Source: the human T2T-CHM13v2.0 reference genome, Homo sapiens. Taken from it: 64,000 nucleotides of DNA. Of this stretch, positions 17,711 through 29,989 are shown piece after piece. Numbering within the stretch: position 1 is the first letter of the stretch; every line of letters begins with the position of its first letter. The stretch lies in the NCBI RefSeq assembly GCF_009914755.1, contig NC_060935.1; one strand, 5' to 3'. Position numbers and translations under genes: made by a program. The notes beneath the pieces are model-generated. The model worked only from the letters and a program-made list of their open reading frames with translations, was not told the DNA's origin and made no database searches.

Positions 17711-19594
17711 GGGAATAGGCTGACTTCTCAGTTTGACAGCGAGGAAACTGCAGGTCAGAGAGGGAGGTGTGATCGTCCACGGTAACCAACCTGATATGCA
17801 TTCAGTACTTTCTGATGTACTCTACTGTGTGCCAAGCAGCATGCTACATGTGGGACTAGAGCTGCGAACAGGACAGACCCAATTCCAACCCTCACAGAGC
17901 TTATATCCCAACTGGGGAGACAGACAGAAAGAAAACAAGTAACTAAGCTGATGACAGATGGGAAAAGCTATGAAGGCGAGGAGGGCCATGTGTAGGGAAC
18001 GACTCAGAGATTGCTGTGGGGTGAGGGGTAGGTAAGGCACGCCCCTTTCAGAAGAGCTGTCGGGGGAGTTACTAGGACAATACCTTTAACTGGGGACTCC
18101 TGCTGATTACAAACTGATCACTTTTCTTTACTGGACAGGACTAGGCTTCATCCCCTCTGGGGTTTGGGGATGGTGCTTCTGACTCTCCTGAGGCAGTCTG
18201 ACCCTGGTCCCTGCCTGGCTGTCTCCTCTGACTCAAGACTCTGATCCTTCAGTGTTTGTGGGTTCAGAGCAGAGCCTGGGAATGAGCCCGCTGGGGAGCA
18301 GGACACTGACTCCACCATAGGACAGGGCTCAGGATCATTGGTTAATGGTTTGTAAAATGGACCAGGCCTCATCCAGATGCTGTCCCCAGCCCCTATGAAA
18401 ACATGGAAAGTTTCCACTGGTGCACAAACACTAGTGCTTGCCTCCCTTTCCTGATCAACCGTCGGACTCACATGGGCTGTTTGTGAAAATGCCTGTCCCA
18501 GGCCATACTCAGGCTGACCAAGGTGGTCTGGTCTCCAGGGAAGGGCCGTGAAATGTATTTTTAGGAAGTGGTCCAAAGGACTCTTCTGATCCAGATCATC
18601 AGGAAGCATGGCGTGGATGGAAGAAACTGGCACTTGGCATCTGGTGCCTCTGTGTGGCTGTAGAAGCTACAGAAATGTCTTCTGCAGTGACTGCAGCGTG
18701 GCCCTGGCTGAGCTGGTGCTTGTGAGGAAGCCTCTGCTTGTGTGCAGGGGTGAACAGCAGCTCACCCCTTCCCATGCACAGTCCTCACCTTACTACCTTC
18801 ACCCTTACTGGAAGCATCTCTTGACTTCTCTTTGGCCAGCCAGACCCTCCCAGCTCCCTGTGCTCCCCATTTAAACACCTTCCCTCCCTGAGCTTAGCCC
18901 ATGGCTGGGTGGGGAGGCGTGAGCACTGTTTGCATTTGGTCAGGGCCTAGAAGGGATCAAGGAGGCCTCATGAGGACCATGTCATAGCCCCACCCTCACT
19001 CCCCACCCCTGACCTGAGCAAACCTGTTTGGCTGGATTGATGATGGAGAGGCAGGCAGTGACCAGACCAAGAGACGCCTTGGATGGTGGAGAATAGGTGA
19101 CCCTCTGTTGGGTAAAAGAGGACTCAAGCCCTCACACAGTGAGTTGGCTAACTTTTTGTCTCAACAGTGGGCGGGGGTAGCTGTCTGCCTCCTGGAGCTG
19201 GCCCTTCCTGGGTCAAAATGCAGAAGGAGATGGTGAGAAGAACCACACCAGAGAGGCTGGAGTAGGCCAGCCTGGCTTGGGACCGAGTCCCGAGTCCCTG
19301 GCTGGACACTCGGTTTTCCCTTCCGTGGCAGGGCTCACCTGGATCCTTAATGCCGCCCTTGGAGGAGTTAGGAGGATCCTGGATGAGAAAACTCACCCTC
19401 AGGATGATTGCCCCAGGGAGCAGCTTCCTGCTTTCTGGTGGAAGGGAGGGGCAGACAGTGGGTGTGTCCTGCTCCAGTGTCTAGGCAGGAGAGTTTGTGA
19501 AGCCGACCGGACACCTGTGGCTCTTATTTCCTAGGTGGCCCGAGGCAGCCGGGATGACAGCTCTCCCCAGGAATCCTGCTGCCTGCTGAGAAAC

Positions 19595-19610
19595 ATGGTC
19601 AGCAAGTCCC
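19595..19610 (+). CDS. ST3GAL4: ST3GAL4 first coding exon (exon 19535-19610; MVSKS + 1 nt)
   Basis: Acceptor ttcctag|GTGGCC at 19535, aacATGG Kozak at 19595, donor TCCC|gtgagt; matches the known N-terminus MVSKSRWKLL. Confidence 0.95.
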
Positions 19611-19911
19611 GTGAGTGTCATCCGAGGGCTCCCCCACCCTGGAGGACAGGCCTCAGAAGCCGTCTTCAGCAGGATCCTGGGACCTCTGGGGGCTGTGGAG
19701 GGACAGACAGGGAGCCAGGGGCCCTTCTCTTCATCTTGAAGGACAGTGGGTACAATCAGGGTCAAGCCCTCAGCCAGGGCCAGGAGAGGGCCAGAGACTG
19801 CTTCTGTTGAGTTAGGGGTCGGAGGGACTCAGAAGGGGGCAGGTGGGAAGGTGGACGGGGGTTGTACCTGCCTGTTGCTGCCTCTAGCTCCTCTCTGCAT
19901 GTGTCCTGCAG

Positions 19912-19996
19912 GCTGGAAGCTCCTGGCCATGTTGGCTCTGGTCCTGGTCGTCATGGTGTGGTATTCCATCTCCCGGGAAGACAGGTACATCGAGCT
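19912..19996 (+). CDS. ST3GAL4: ST3GAL4 coding exon 2 (signal-anchor TM: RWKLLAMLALVLVVMVWYSISREDRYIEL)
   Basis: cctgcag|GCTGG acceptor, GAGCT|gtgagt donor, hydrophobic type II anchor; 85 nt. Confidence 0.96.
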
Positions 19997-20381
19997 GTGA
20001 GTTCACCTTCCATGTCCTTCCAGTGGCTCTTGTCAGGGACAGGGCTTAGGGATGGAGCATCATGGAGCGGGGGACCTAGTAGGGCAGGAAGGTTCCAAGA
20101 GCCGGCACATGACCTCATCCCTTCAGCTGCTGGTACGGAGTGTTTCCATGAGGGTGGGTGGGGGTAGGGCCTGGGATGTCTCACTGGGCCCTCACCCAGG
20201 GAGTGCAGGGGCAGGAAGACCTGGATCCTCAAGGACTTGGGTTCCAAGTGGAACTTAACTTGAGATGATTCCTCCCCGGCACCTTGGGACCTTCATGCCG
20301 TGGGAGAAGGCTTAGGCTGCCTGGAACATGGGTCCCTGGGTCTGACTGGGGCTTCTGCCTCCTGTCCTTTTTTCTCTCCAG

Positions 20382-20462
20382 TTTTTATTTTCCCATCCCA
20401 GAGAAGAAGGAGCCGTGCCTCCAGGGTGAGGCAGAGAGCAAGGCCTCTAAGCTCTTTGGCAA
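20382..20462 (+). CDS. ST3GAL4: ST3GAL4 coding exon 3 (stem: FYFPIPEKKEPCLQGEAESKASKLFGN)
   Basis: Polypyrimidine tract + ccag| acceptor, GGCAA|gtaagt donor; frame continuous; 81 nt. Confidence 0.96.
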
Positions 20463-20690
20463 GTAAGTACTTAAGGATGAGGAGGGTAGAGCAGGGCATG
20501 GAGCGAGCTGGGATTGAGGGTTTCACAGTGTGGGGAGTAGATGGAAAGAGCAGCTGTGTTGGTGGACATGGGTTAGGTGAAGCCAGGGAGGGAAGAGAAG
20601 GCCTTATAATATTAGTCATGGGCCTAACCCTACTTCTGGCATCAAGATTAATTCTGTTCTCATCCCCACCCGGCTTTCACCTCTGTGCAG

Positions 20691-20788
20691 CTACTCCCGG
20701 GATCAGCCCATCTTCCTGCGGCTTGAGGATTATTTCTGGGTCAAGACGCCATCTGCTTATGAGCTGCCCTATGGGACCAAGGGGAGTG
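20691..20788 (+). CDS. ST3GAL4: ST3GAL4 coding exon 4 (YSRDQPIFLRLEDYFWVKTPSAYELPYGTKGS)
   Basis: tgcag|CTAC acceptor, AGTG|gtaagt donor; ELPYGTKG is typical of ST3Gal III/IV/VI; 98 nt. Confidence 0.96.
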
Positions 20789-21012
20789 GTAAGTTCCTAC
20801 CCGGCTCGTGGGAACCATGGGCTCACCCTGACCACGTTGCTTCCTATTCTCTGCCGTCCACGGCCCCAGTGCCCAAGTTCTGAGCCTGACTCGGGTACCA
20901 GGGTCAGGGGAAGAAGAAGGCAGCCAGCGCTCTGAGGAGCAGTGGAGGGAGGGCAGGCAGCCTTCAGAATGCTATCTGTCACATCAGTCCCTCCGCCTGG
21001 TACTTTTTGTAG

Positions 21013-21073
21013 AGGATCTGCTCCTCCGGGTGCTAGCCATCACCAGCTCCTCCATCCCCAAGAACATCCAGAG
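21013..21073 (+). CDS. ST3GAL4: ST3GAL4 coding exon 5 (EDLLLRVLAITSSSIPKNIQS)
   Basis: tttttgtag|AGGAT acceptor, CAGAG|gtaagg donor; 61 nt. Confidence 0.95.
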
Positions 21074-21537
21074 GTAAGGCGGCACTCCGACTCCAGTCTG
21101 GGCACCTTCTCCTGTTTCCTGCCCCCTGCCCGCTCCCCCCACTCCCCACCCCCCCGCTCTGTGAAACAGTCATGGACTGGTACCATCCCAGCCAATTCTC
21201 ATGGTAGCCTAGCCTGGGCATCTGGGTGCAGAGTGGGCAGAGGCTGCTCGAGGGTATTGCAACAGTGGGGCAGGCGTTTCTCATTGATACACCCCCCCAT
21301 GCCTTCCCTCCACTCCTCTGCCCTCTTCTGTGCTCTGCGCAGTCTCCTCCTCTTATAAAGCCCAGGGCTGTAAAGTCAGCATGACCCTAAGCAGGACCAC
21401 GGGGTGATGCCTGCTTCATGGGGACCAGGGGCTGAGGGGGCCTAGGAAGTGGTCCTGAGATGGGCCCAGGCAGATCCAGGGCAGCGAGCCTGGGTTAGAG
21501 TGTGGGGTGACATAGACCACTCCTCTTTCTATGGCAG

Positions 21538-21633
21538 CCTCAGGTGCCGCCGCTGTGTGGTCGTGGGGAACGGGCACCGGCTGCGGAACAGCTCACTGGG
21601 AGATGCCATCAACAAGTATGATGTGGTCATCAG
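21538..21633 (+). CDS. ST3GAL4: ST3GAL4 coding exon 6 (sialylmotif L, first half: LRCRRCVVVGNGHRLRNSSLGDAINKYDVVIR)
   Basis: Sialylmotif L (CxVVGNG...G..I..YD.V.R); ggcag|CCTC and ATCAG|gtgtgt junctions; 96 nt. Confidence 0.97.
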
Positions 21634-21745
21634 GTGTGTGTGACTGTCTCTTCCTACTGTTGTTTGGGAACTGGATGTCCGAGCCAGGGACTGTAGACAG
21701 GCCCAGGAGGCCTCTAGTGATGGGAATCCTCCTCCCAACCCCCAG

Positions 21746-21935
21746 ATTGAACAATGCCCCAGTGGCTGGCTATGAGGGTGACGTGGGCTCCAAGACCACC
21801 ATGCGTCTCTTCTACCCTGAATCTGCCCACTTCGACCCCAAAGTAGAAAACAACCCAGACACACTCCTCGTCCTGGTAGCTTTCAAGGCAATGGACTTCC
21901 ACTGGATTGAGACCATCCTGAGTGATAAGAAGCGG
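21746..21935 (+). CDS. ST3GAL4: ST3GAL4 coding exon 7 (sialylmotif L second half LNNAPVAGYEGDVGSKTT...ILSDKKR)
   Basis: cccag|ATTG acceptor, CGG|gtaagt donor; 190 nt. Confidence 0.97.
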
Positions 21936-22706
21936 GTAAGTTGGGGGACAGACTGGGGGCTGAGGCCTGGCGGTGGGGACGCTGCCCGAGTCAGGACCTC
22001 ACGCTCCTTGATGTCCGCCTGGCAGTCCTAAAGAGGCTGTGAGGGGACAGCATGAACCGGGCTCCTGGAAGTCAGCGCCTTAGGCTGCCCTCCAAGGGTG
22101 GTGCTCCGATAAGCTGCCCCAGCAACTGGGTATAAAAGCCTGCAGGCGTCAGGTGGCAGCAGCCACAGGCACCCATGCTCCAGGCGTGTCTGTGACAGGA
22201 AAGCTTTCCGAGTAGGTGTTTGCCTGTGAGGAACTCGGGAGCTGAGCAACCCTCCAGCAGCCATCTCCAGGCTGAGGGCAGGTTAGAGCAATGAGGCCTG
22301 TGTCCAAACAGATGGTCCCCAGAAAGAGTTCACTACATCACTTTGCCATCCGGTCACAGGCTGAACTGTCCCATCTGGCATTTTTGTCAAGTGTTTAGAC
22401 AGCCTAAAACTTTAGTCCCTTCTACCTGTGTGGATGTTCTTGGAAGTGGTCCATGGTTTAGACCCTCCACTCTATACACCTGGTCACCTGGCCTCCCGAG
22501 GGGGTGCCTTTCCTCCTCTCTTTCCCTGGTCCTCTCCTGGTCTCCCATCTGTGGCACAGACTTCACCTCCCTTTCCTCTCACCTTGTGCTCCTGAAGGCC
22601 TCTGCCATCGCTTGGACCCCCTCGCCTCGCTGAGGACCACTGGGTTGGATTTGAGAAACAGGGCTTCACCCGCTTCTGTCTCTCTCTTCTGACCCCATCC
22701 TCCTAG

Positions 22707-22850
22707 GTGCGAAAGGGTTTCTGGAAACAGCCTCCCCTCATCTGGGATGTCAATCCTAAACAGATTCGGATTCTCAACCCCTTCTTCATGGAGATTGCAG
22801 CTGACAAACTGCTGAGCCTGCCAATGCAACAGCCACGGAAGATTAAGCAG
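22707..22850 (+). CDS. ST3GAL4: ST3GAL4 coding exon 8 (VRKGFWKQPPLIWDVNPKQIRILNPFFMEIAADKLLSLPMQQPRKIKQ)
   Basis: cctag|GTG acceptor, CAG|gtgatg donor; 144 nt, phase 0/0. Confidence 0.96.
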
Positions 22851-23344
22851 GTGATGATGGGAAGTCAGGCCTGAGGGCTAGGATCCTGGGCGGGAAGTAG
22901 GAGGGATGTTCCTATGGGCTTAGGAAGCCCTGGAAGGATCCCATAACAGAGGCGGCGGTTTGCATTTTCCCTCCAGGAACACACCTGTCATTAAAGTTGC
23001 TGCTGCAAAGGGGAGTGCACACTTTAGAGAACCAAGGGGCATTTACTAAGTGGGGAGGGATGGGGATGGCCTGGATCAGGTTTAGGGGCTGGTGTGAGAG
23101 GATGGTTTTGGCAGGCGCTGGTCAGAATTTGTCAACTGGGGAGCTGCTGGAACAGTCAGTGGTCTGATCTGTGGAACAACTTGAGCCATGCAGAGTTACT
23201 GTTAGATACTTCATCTGTGATCTTATCTTGAAACACTAGTCTGAACGAGTTATAAGAGTTGGAGCTAAACAGTTTGTCTTGCATGTCATGATTTGGTATG
23301 GTGTGTCAATTCAGGGAGTCAATGTAGTTTTGCAAGTTATGGGT

Positions 23345-23645
23345 TTTTGTTTTGTTTTAAAGATAGCGTCTCACTCTGCCACCCAGGATTGGGTGCAGTG
23401 GTGCAATCATAGCCCACTGTAACCTCAAACTTCCAGGCTCAGGTGATCCTTCTGCCTCAGCCTCCTGAGTAGCTGTGAGACTACAGGTATGCACCATCAC
23501 GCCTGGCTAATTTTTAAATTTTTTTGTAGAGATGGGGGTCTCACTGTGTTGCCCAGGCTGGTCCTGAACTCCTGGCCTCAAGTGATCCTCGTGTCTCAGC
23601 CTCCCAAAATGCCGGGATTACAGGTGTAAGGCACTGTGTCTGACC
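23345..23645 (-). mobile_element. Alu (AluJ-like)
   Basis: Antisense Alu; flanking caagttatg duplication. Confidence 0.9.
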
Positions 23646-24446
23646 ACAAGTTATGTGTTATGTGTTTCTTCTTTTTAACCTGATGTCCTTGAGCCATAGC
23701 AAGTTATGGTTTTGAGTGCAGTGCCCTGGTGGTCTTCAGCTGGTGGGCTTTAACCCACTTTGTAGCTTCCCAAGTACTTCCACCCATATCTTGGAGCCCC
23801 TCGGGGAGGCCGTGTGGGATGGTGAGAGACAGGCACCAGCAGACACAGGTATGGCGCTTGGCTGTGCTGTGTACTGTGTGGGGCTTGGCAGGTCAACTGC
23901 TCAGATCCTTGTTTTTCTTGCCTGTGTGGTGGGATAATATCCATAATGACCTTTTAAGGCTGTTGTAGGAGTTTGAAAAATAATAATGATGTAAAATACC
24001 TATTCTGGAGACCGGTACACAGGGCCTGCCCTTTAAATATTTGCCAGATTTTGAATAAATGATTTTATTGTTTACTGAACATTTCCTTCTATTCCATGTT
24101 CTGTGTTGAATGGCTGCTTTTGTGACTGCTCAATGCCAGGCCCCGAGTCTTCTTGCTTGGCGAGGAAGTTGTGCTCCTTGCTCTAAGGGACCTCAGTCTA
24201 GCAGAGTAAGAATGCAGGTTGCACTGTGGGGTGATAAAATTCCACAATGGAGAGTTGTTCCCAATGCCGTGGAATCTCAGAGGAGGGGCAGACATCTGCT
24301 GAGAGATGTCTGGGAGGCTCCCCAGAGGAGGTGGTGCTGGAGCCGGGCCTGGAAGGATCAGGCAGAGAGCTGGGGAAAGGCATTCCATTTGGCCAGAGCA
24401 GGCGGCTCCTCCAGCACTGAACTGTTTCCAGTACAAGTGGCGTTGA

Positions 24447-24875
<429 letters not shown>

Positions 24876-25472
24876 TGTATTAGCTTTCTGTTGCTCCCTA
24901 ACTAATACCACAAGTTTAGCCGGCTAAAACAATACCCATGTACTGGCTCATGGTCCTGTAGATCAGAACAGCAGGGTGTGGCTGGTTCTCTGTTTAGGGT
25001 GTCACAAGGCTGGACTCGGTGTGTCAACCAGACAGTTCTCATCTGGAAGCTTGGGGGAAAATTTTGCTTCCAGGCTCATTCTTGTGGTTGAAATAATTCG
25101 GTTCCTGCGATTGTAGAACTGAGGTCCCCATTTCCTTGCTGGCTGTCAGCTGGAGGCTGGGGGCCACGCTCAGCTCTTGGAGGTGGCCCACATTTCTTGA
25201 CCGTACAGCCTCCATCTTCAAGCCAGCGACGGCACAATAGATCCTTTCTGTGCTTCAAATCTCTGACCTCCGTTTCTGATCTTGACACCCGGATTTAAAG
25301 GTTCAGGTAATTAGGTCAAGCTCAGCAGGACAGCCTCTCCTTTTGTGTTCAACTGTGCCATATAAAGTAACGTCACGTAATCGCATCATATTCACGGGCT
25401 CCCCACACGCGCAAGGGAGGAGATTACATGAGGGTTAGCATCACTGGGGTTCTCTTACGATTCTGCCTTATA
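24876..25472 (-). mobile_element. MLT1-family LTR
   Basis: tgtattag...ctaataccacaa start; gaactgaggtccccatttccttgctggctgtcagc core. Confidence 0.75.
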
Positions 25473-25990
25473 TATTTTACAGGTGGAATTGAGAGATTTC
25501 TGACCAATTCTGGGTTTCTAGCTTGGACAGCCGGTAGGGGGCGGGGGGTGGTAACATATTTAACTAATAGAGAGAGAGTGCAAGGAAGAGGAGGAATTTG
25601 GTGAGTGTAAGGAGACTGTGTCCAGGCAGAGCTGGCTAGAAGGCCATGGAAGTGTGGCTCAGCCCAGCTGGATGAGATAACACACTGGTGGTGAAAGCAA
25701 CAAGGGTGGAAAAGAAGGTCCAGCCAGGGAGTGGAAGATGAGAAGACAGGAGAGCTCAGAGAGGGAGAAAGCTGGCATGTCGACAGGCCTGATGAGGTCC
25801 AGGAAAGGCTCCCAAATGGGTATGGGCAGCTGAAATTGTGTGCAAAGCAGGTTGCTGAAGCGGAGGAAGGCGGGGCTGGAGAAGTGAGAATATCAGGCTG
25901 CCCGTCACTGTGGATGAATTAGGCATGAGCAACTGAGGTTCTCAGAGCAGCCAGTAAGGTGAATGGGAAAGGTACTGCTGTCCTGCTTTA

Positions 25991-26146
<156 letters not shown>

Positions 26147-26479
26147 TCACACAGTTAGTGCATGTCAGAGCACCCAGGTCTTCTGAATGAGGTCAGGTTC
26201 TCCAAGGAGGAGGGCAGAACACTTCCTTTCCTTTGAATGAGTTGCTTAACGCTTTTGTAAGCCTTGGTTTTCTCATCTGTAAAATGGGGCTGATGATAAT
26301 AGCTACCTCCAAGTGTTTTTGTGAGACTAGATGAGATAATGTTTTATAGTAGGTAGGTAAAATACTAAACATAGTGTCTGGCACATAGTGTTTAAAAAGT
26401 AACTGATATGATGATGGCTGTCATTCTGATTGTTAGTCTTATCTCTACAGGCCCCAGGCCTCCCCCAGATGTGTGGAGC

Positions 26480-26880
26480 TGTACCATCCAGAATGGTAGC
26501 CGCTAGGCACATGTGGCTATTTACTTATTTATATTTGTTTATTTTTAGAGATGGGGGGGTCTCACTATGTTGCCCAGGCTGGAGTGCAGCAGCTCTTCAC
26601 AGGTGCATTCTTAGCGCACGACAGCCCAGGAGTCCTGGGCTCAAGCAGTCCTCTGACCTCGGCCTCCTGAGTTGCTGGAACTATGGGCATATGCACTACT
26701 GCACCCAGCACATGTGGCGATTTAAATTTACAATTTAATTAATTAAAATTTAATAAAATAAATTCAGTTCCTCAGCTGCACTGGCCCCATTTGCGTGCTC
26801 GTTAGCTCGTGGCTTGTCTTGTTGGACAGCGCAGATGGAGAACGTTTCCGTGACTGCAGGAAGTTCCACTGCAGAGCGCT
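26480..26880. mobile_element. MER3-like element interrupted by an antisense FLAM/FAM (about 26520-26710)
   Basis: MER3 motifs; TSD CACATGTGGC around the insert. Confidence 0.7.
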
Positions 26881-26942
26881 GGCAGAGATGATGGTGGGAG
26901 GAGCAGGGCTCCCACTAACACCCTCCTGCCCCTGTTCCTCAG

Positions 26943-27086
26943 AAGCCCACCACGGGCCTGTTGGCCATCACGCTGGCCCTCCACCTCTGTGACTTGGTGC
27001 ACATTGCCGGCTTTGGCTACCCAGACGCCTACAACAAGAAGCAGACCATTCACTACTATGAGCAGATCACGCTCAAGTCCATGGCG
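26943..27086 (+). CDS. ST3GAL4: ST3GAL4 coding exon 9 (sialylmotif S PTTGLLAITLALHLCDLVHIAGF, motif III HYYE)
   Basis: ttcctcag|AAG acceptor, GCG|gtaagt donor; sialylmotif S and motif III; 144 nt. Confidence 0.97.
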
Positions 27087-27398
27087 GTAAGTGCCTGGCT
27101 TGTGAGCATGGTGGGCCAGGGCGTGGACGGGCAGACAGTCAGAGGGGCACTGGGTGAGTGGGAGCAGTGCTGAGACCCAGAGGTGGCTCCCGCAGTCAGA
27201 ACTGGAACCGAGGCACCTGGACTCCCTGGCCAGCATCCTCCATGTTCAGCCACATGGGCTTTGTCTTCCTTCCAAGAGCCAGCCTGGGGAAGGGAGCTCC
27301 CAAGAAGTGTGGGGCCATTGGGAGGGGCAGGGAGACTTTCCTGGGGACAGAGAGGTCCCTGGGAGTCCCTCAGTTTATTTCCTTGGCTGTCTCCACAG

Positions 27399-27485
27399 GG
27401 GTCAGGCCATAATGTCTCCCAAGAGGCCCTGGCCATTAAGCGGATGCTGGAGATGGGAGCTATCAAGAACCTCACGTCCTTCTGA
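27399..27485 (+). CDS. ST3GAL4: ST3GAL4 last coding exon (sialylmotif VS HNVSQE; ...AIKNLTSF*)
   Basis: ccacag|GGG acceptor, HxxxxE motif VS, TGA at 27483-27485; exon lengths sum to 1002 nt = 333 aa + stop. Confidence 0.97.
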   Translation, partial: GSGHNVSQEALAIKRMLEMGAIKNLTSF

Positions 27486-28050
27486 CCTGGGCAAGAGCTG
27501 TAGCCTGTCGGTTGCCTACTCTGCTGTCTGGGTGACCCCCATGCGTGGCTGTGGGGGTGGCTGGTGCCAGTATGACCCACTTGGACTCACCCCCTCTTGG
27601 GGAGGGAGTTCTGGGCCTGGCCAGGTCTGAGATGAGGCCATGCCCCTGGCTGCTCTTATGGAGCCGAGATCCAGTCAGGGTGGGGGCGCTGGAGCCGTGG
27701 GAGCCCGGCCAGGGCAGGGGGCTCGTTGCTGTGGCACCCCCTCTCTGCCAGCACCAAGAGATTATTTAATGGGCTATTTAATTAAGGGGTAGGAAGGTGC
27801 TGTGGGCTGGTCCCACACATCCAGGAAAGAGGCCAGTAGAGAATTCTGCCCACTTTTTATAAAAACTTACAGCGATGGCCCCACCAAGGCCTAGACACGG
27901 CACTGGCCTCCCAGGAGGGCAGGGGCATTGGGAATGGGTGGGTGCCCTCCAGAGAGGGGCTGCTACCTCCCAGCAGGCATGGGAAGAGCACTGGTGTGGG
28001 GGTTCCACCGAGAAGGGGACCTCATCTAGAAAAGAGGTTACAAACCTACC

Positions 28051-28056
28051 ATTAAA
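28051..28056 (+). terminator. ST3GAL4: ST3GAL4 polyadenylation signal ATTAAA
   Basis: ATTAAA about 570 nt after the stop, followed by a GU-rich downstream element (ttgtgatgtcctgtgtcctt, 28081-28100). Confidence 0.8.
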
Positions 28057-29989
28057 CTATTTTTCCTAAAACGGAAGCAGTTGTGATGTCCTGTGTCCTT
28101 TCAGGTGGGGGAAGGCATGGGACAGGGTGTGGCAGTGGGCAGGCTTGTTAGACCAGAGCAGGGCATGGTCACTCAGGAAATAATGACTTATTGAGTCCAG
28201 TGTTGGGTGCCCGGTCATGCATTATCACCCTGGCATAGCAGGAGAGTGAGTGGTGCTCACAGCACCCGTCTGCAGGCACCCAGCCTGGCACCCGGCACCC
28301 TGGGTTACTGCCCAGAGGAGGGAGGGGCTGGAGGATGCCAGACGAGAGTGCCAGAGTCCTCTCCCACCTTCCTTCCTCTCTTCCCCACCATTCTTCAGTT
28401 ACCCAAATCTCATGCTTGGGAGGTATGTGTTTTAAGGACAGGGGTGGGGTCAGACAAAGAAAGCCAAGTTTCCCTTCTCAGATTAAGTGGGAACCAGAAA
28501 ATGGAGTTTATGGAAGGTCTTGCCAGCGGCCCAGGCTGCCAGGATGGGATGGGCAGGCCTGGAGGGCAGTGTGGAAGGGATTTGGCAAGGCCTAACAGCC
28601 AGTTGCTGGGCCAGGGGATGAAACGGCTTCTTTCCTAGGTCTTTAGCATCCTAACAATCCTGCCGTTTGCCTGTCTCTCCCGCCTTCGTTCTCCATCTTC
28701 CCAGATCCTGCTTAGCTGCCAACTGGGCTTCCTGCCACCCCACAGCTGTTCCTTTACATCTGGAGCCAGGAGGGAGAGTTGGAACTCCCCACTTGGGGAA
28801 TGGAACTGGCAGCTGTATTCCTGGCTTTCTCGGAAAGAGTTGCGGCCTTGAGGTTTTGAGACAAGCCAGGCTGGGACAGGACAGATAAAGAGGGGCAGCA
28901 GTTTGGGAGGAACAGAGGAAGATGACATGGTTCTCCACAGAGCGTTGGAATGGCCTTGTGGACACCCACTTCATCCCCCAGAATGGCCCCAAGGACCCTC
29001 CCAGGGAACAGAAGGGCTGCTCTCTCAGCAGCCTGGCTGCTTTGCCAGGGGAGAGGGGGGTTCTGAGAGCGAGTAGAGCCCCAGCATCTGCAGCCCCAAG
29101 CCCACTCCCCTCCACACGGGCAAACTTTGTCTTGAAGGCTGTGTCCTGGGGAGCGAGCTTGCAGACAGCAGGGGTTGTGAGCGTGTGGGGATCTCAACTC
29201 TGCTCACCCCGATGCGTCCCCAGCTGCCGCTCATGTGGAGATGCAAGGGAGTGTCCGTTTTCCCATCCGGGGCCATTGAGAATGGCTGTCTGCATACATG
29301 ATCCAGCTGGCCTGGACTGAGGCCACTGCCTGTTACTGAACGTGCCTAAACTCAAGCTAGAATCCGGCACACAGGGGTGGGTCAGACCCGTCTAAACTCC
29401 ACACACGCACACATGTAGATATGGGAGCATTTTACATTCTTGGTGGGTTGTTTGTGATTCTGTGTGCGGACAGTCCTTCCTGCTCACATACTGAGAAGAC
29501 TGTGAATGCGGGGTGTGTGTATACCCAAATAGACCATTGTTTGCTTGGGGGGGTGGGGATAGCTTTCTCCAGGGTGCCCAACATCCTACGCAGATTGAGG
29601 CAATACTGGCCAAGGGTCGGAGCTGAGAATGGGGCTTTGATGTGGGGCTGTTGGATGGGGTTCTTTGGTTTTCTGGGAAAGGGACTTTCAGTCTTCAATT
29701 AGCCCAACCAACGGGAATGAACTGCCTGCCAGCCTGCCTGGGACTGATTAAACCATACCCTGGAAATGAGGAGGGGAAAGAGCACAGTAGGGCACGTGCT
29801 TGAGGGCAAGTCAGGAGATCTGGGTTCTCCACCAGCCTCTGTCGCCTTTTTCTGTAAGAACGTGGGCCAGTCATTTCTCTGCAACAAAAGGGTGGGTCCA
29901 GCTAAGGAGAACCGCTTGTCTCAGAATTACCTAGGGAGACTTGGGAATAGAGATTCCTGGGTCTCACCCAGGCTGCTGGGGACAGCAGG

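Noticed and set aside
20300-20935. 211-aa + strand ORF across ST3GAL4 exons 3-4
   Set aside because: Out of frame with ST3GAL4 and runs through introns; no recognisable protein
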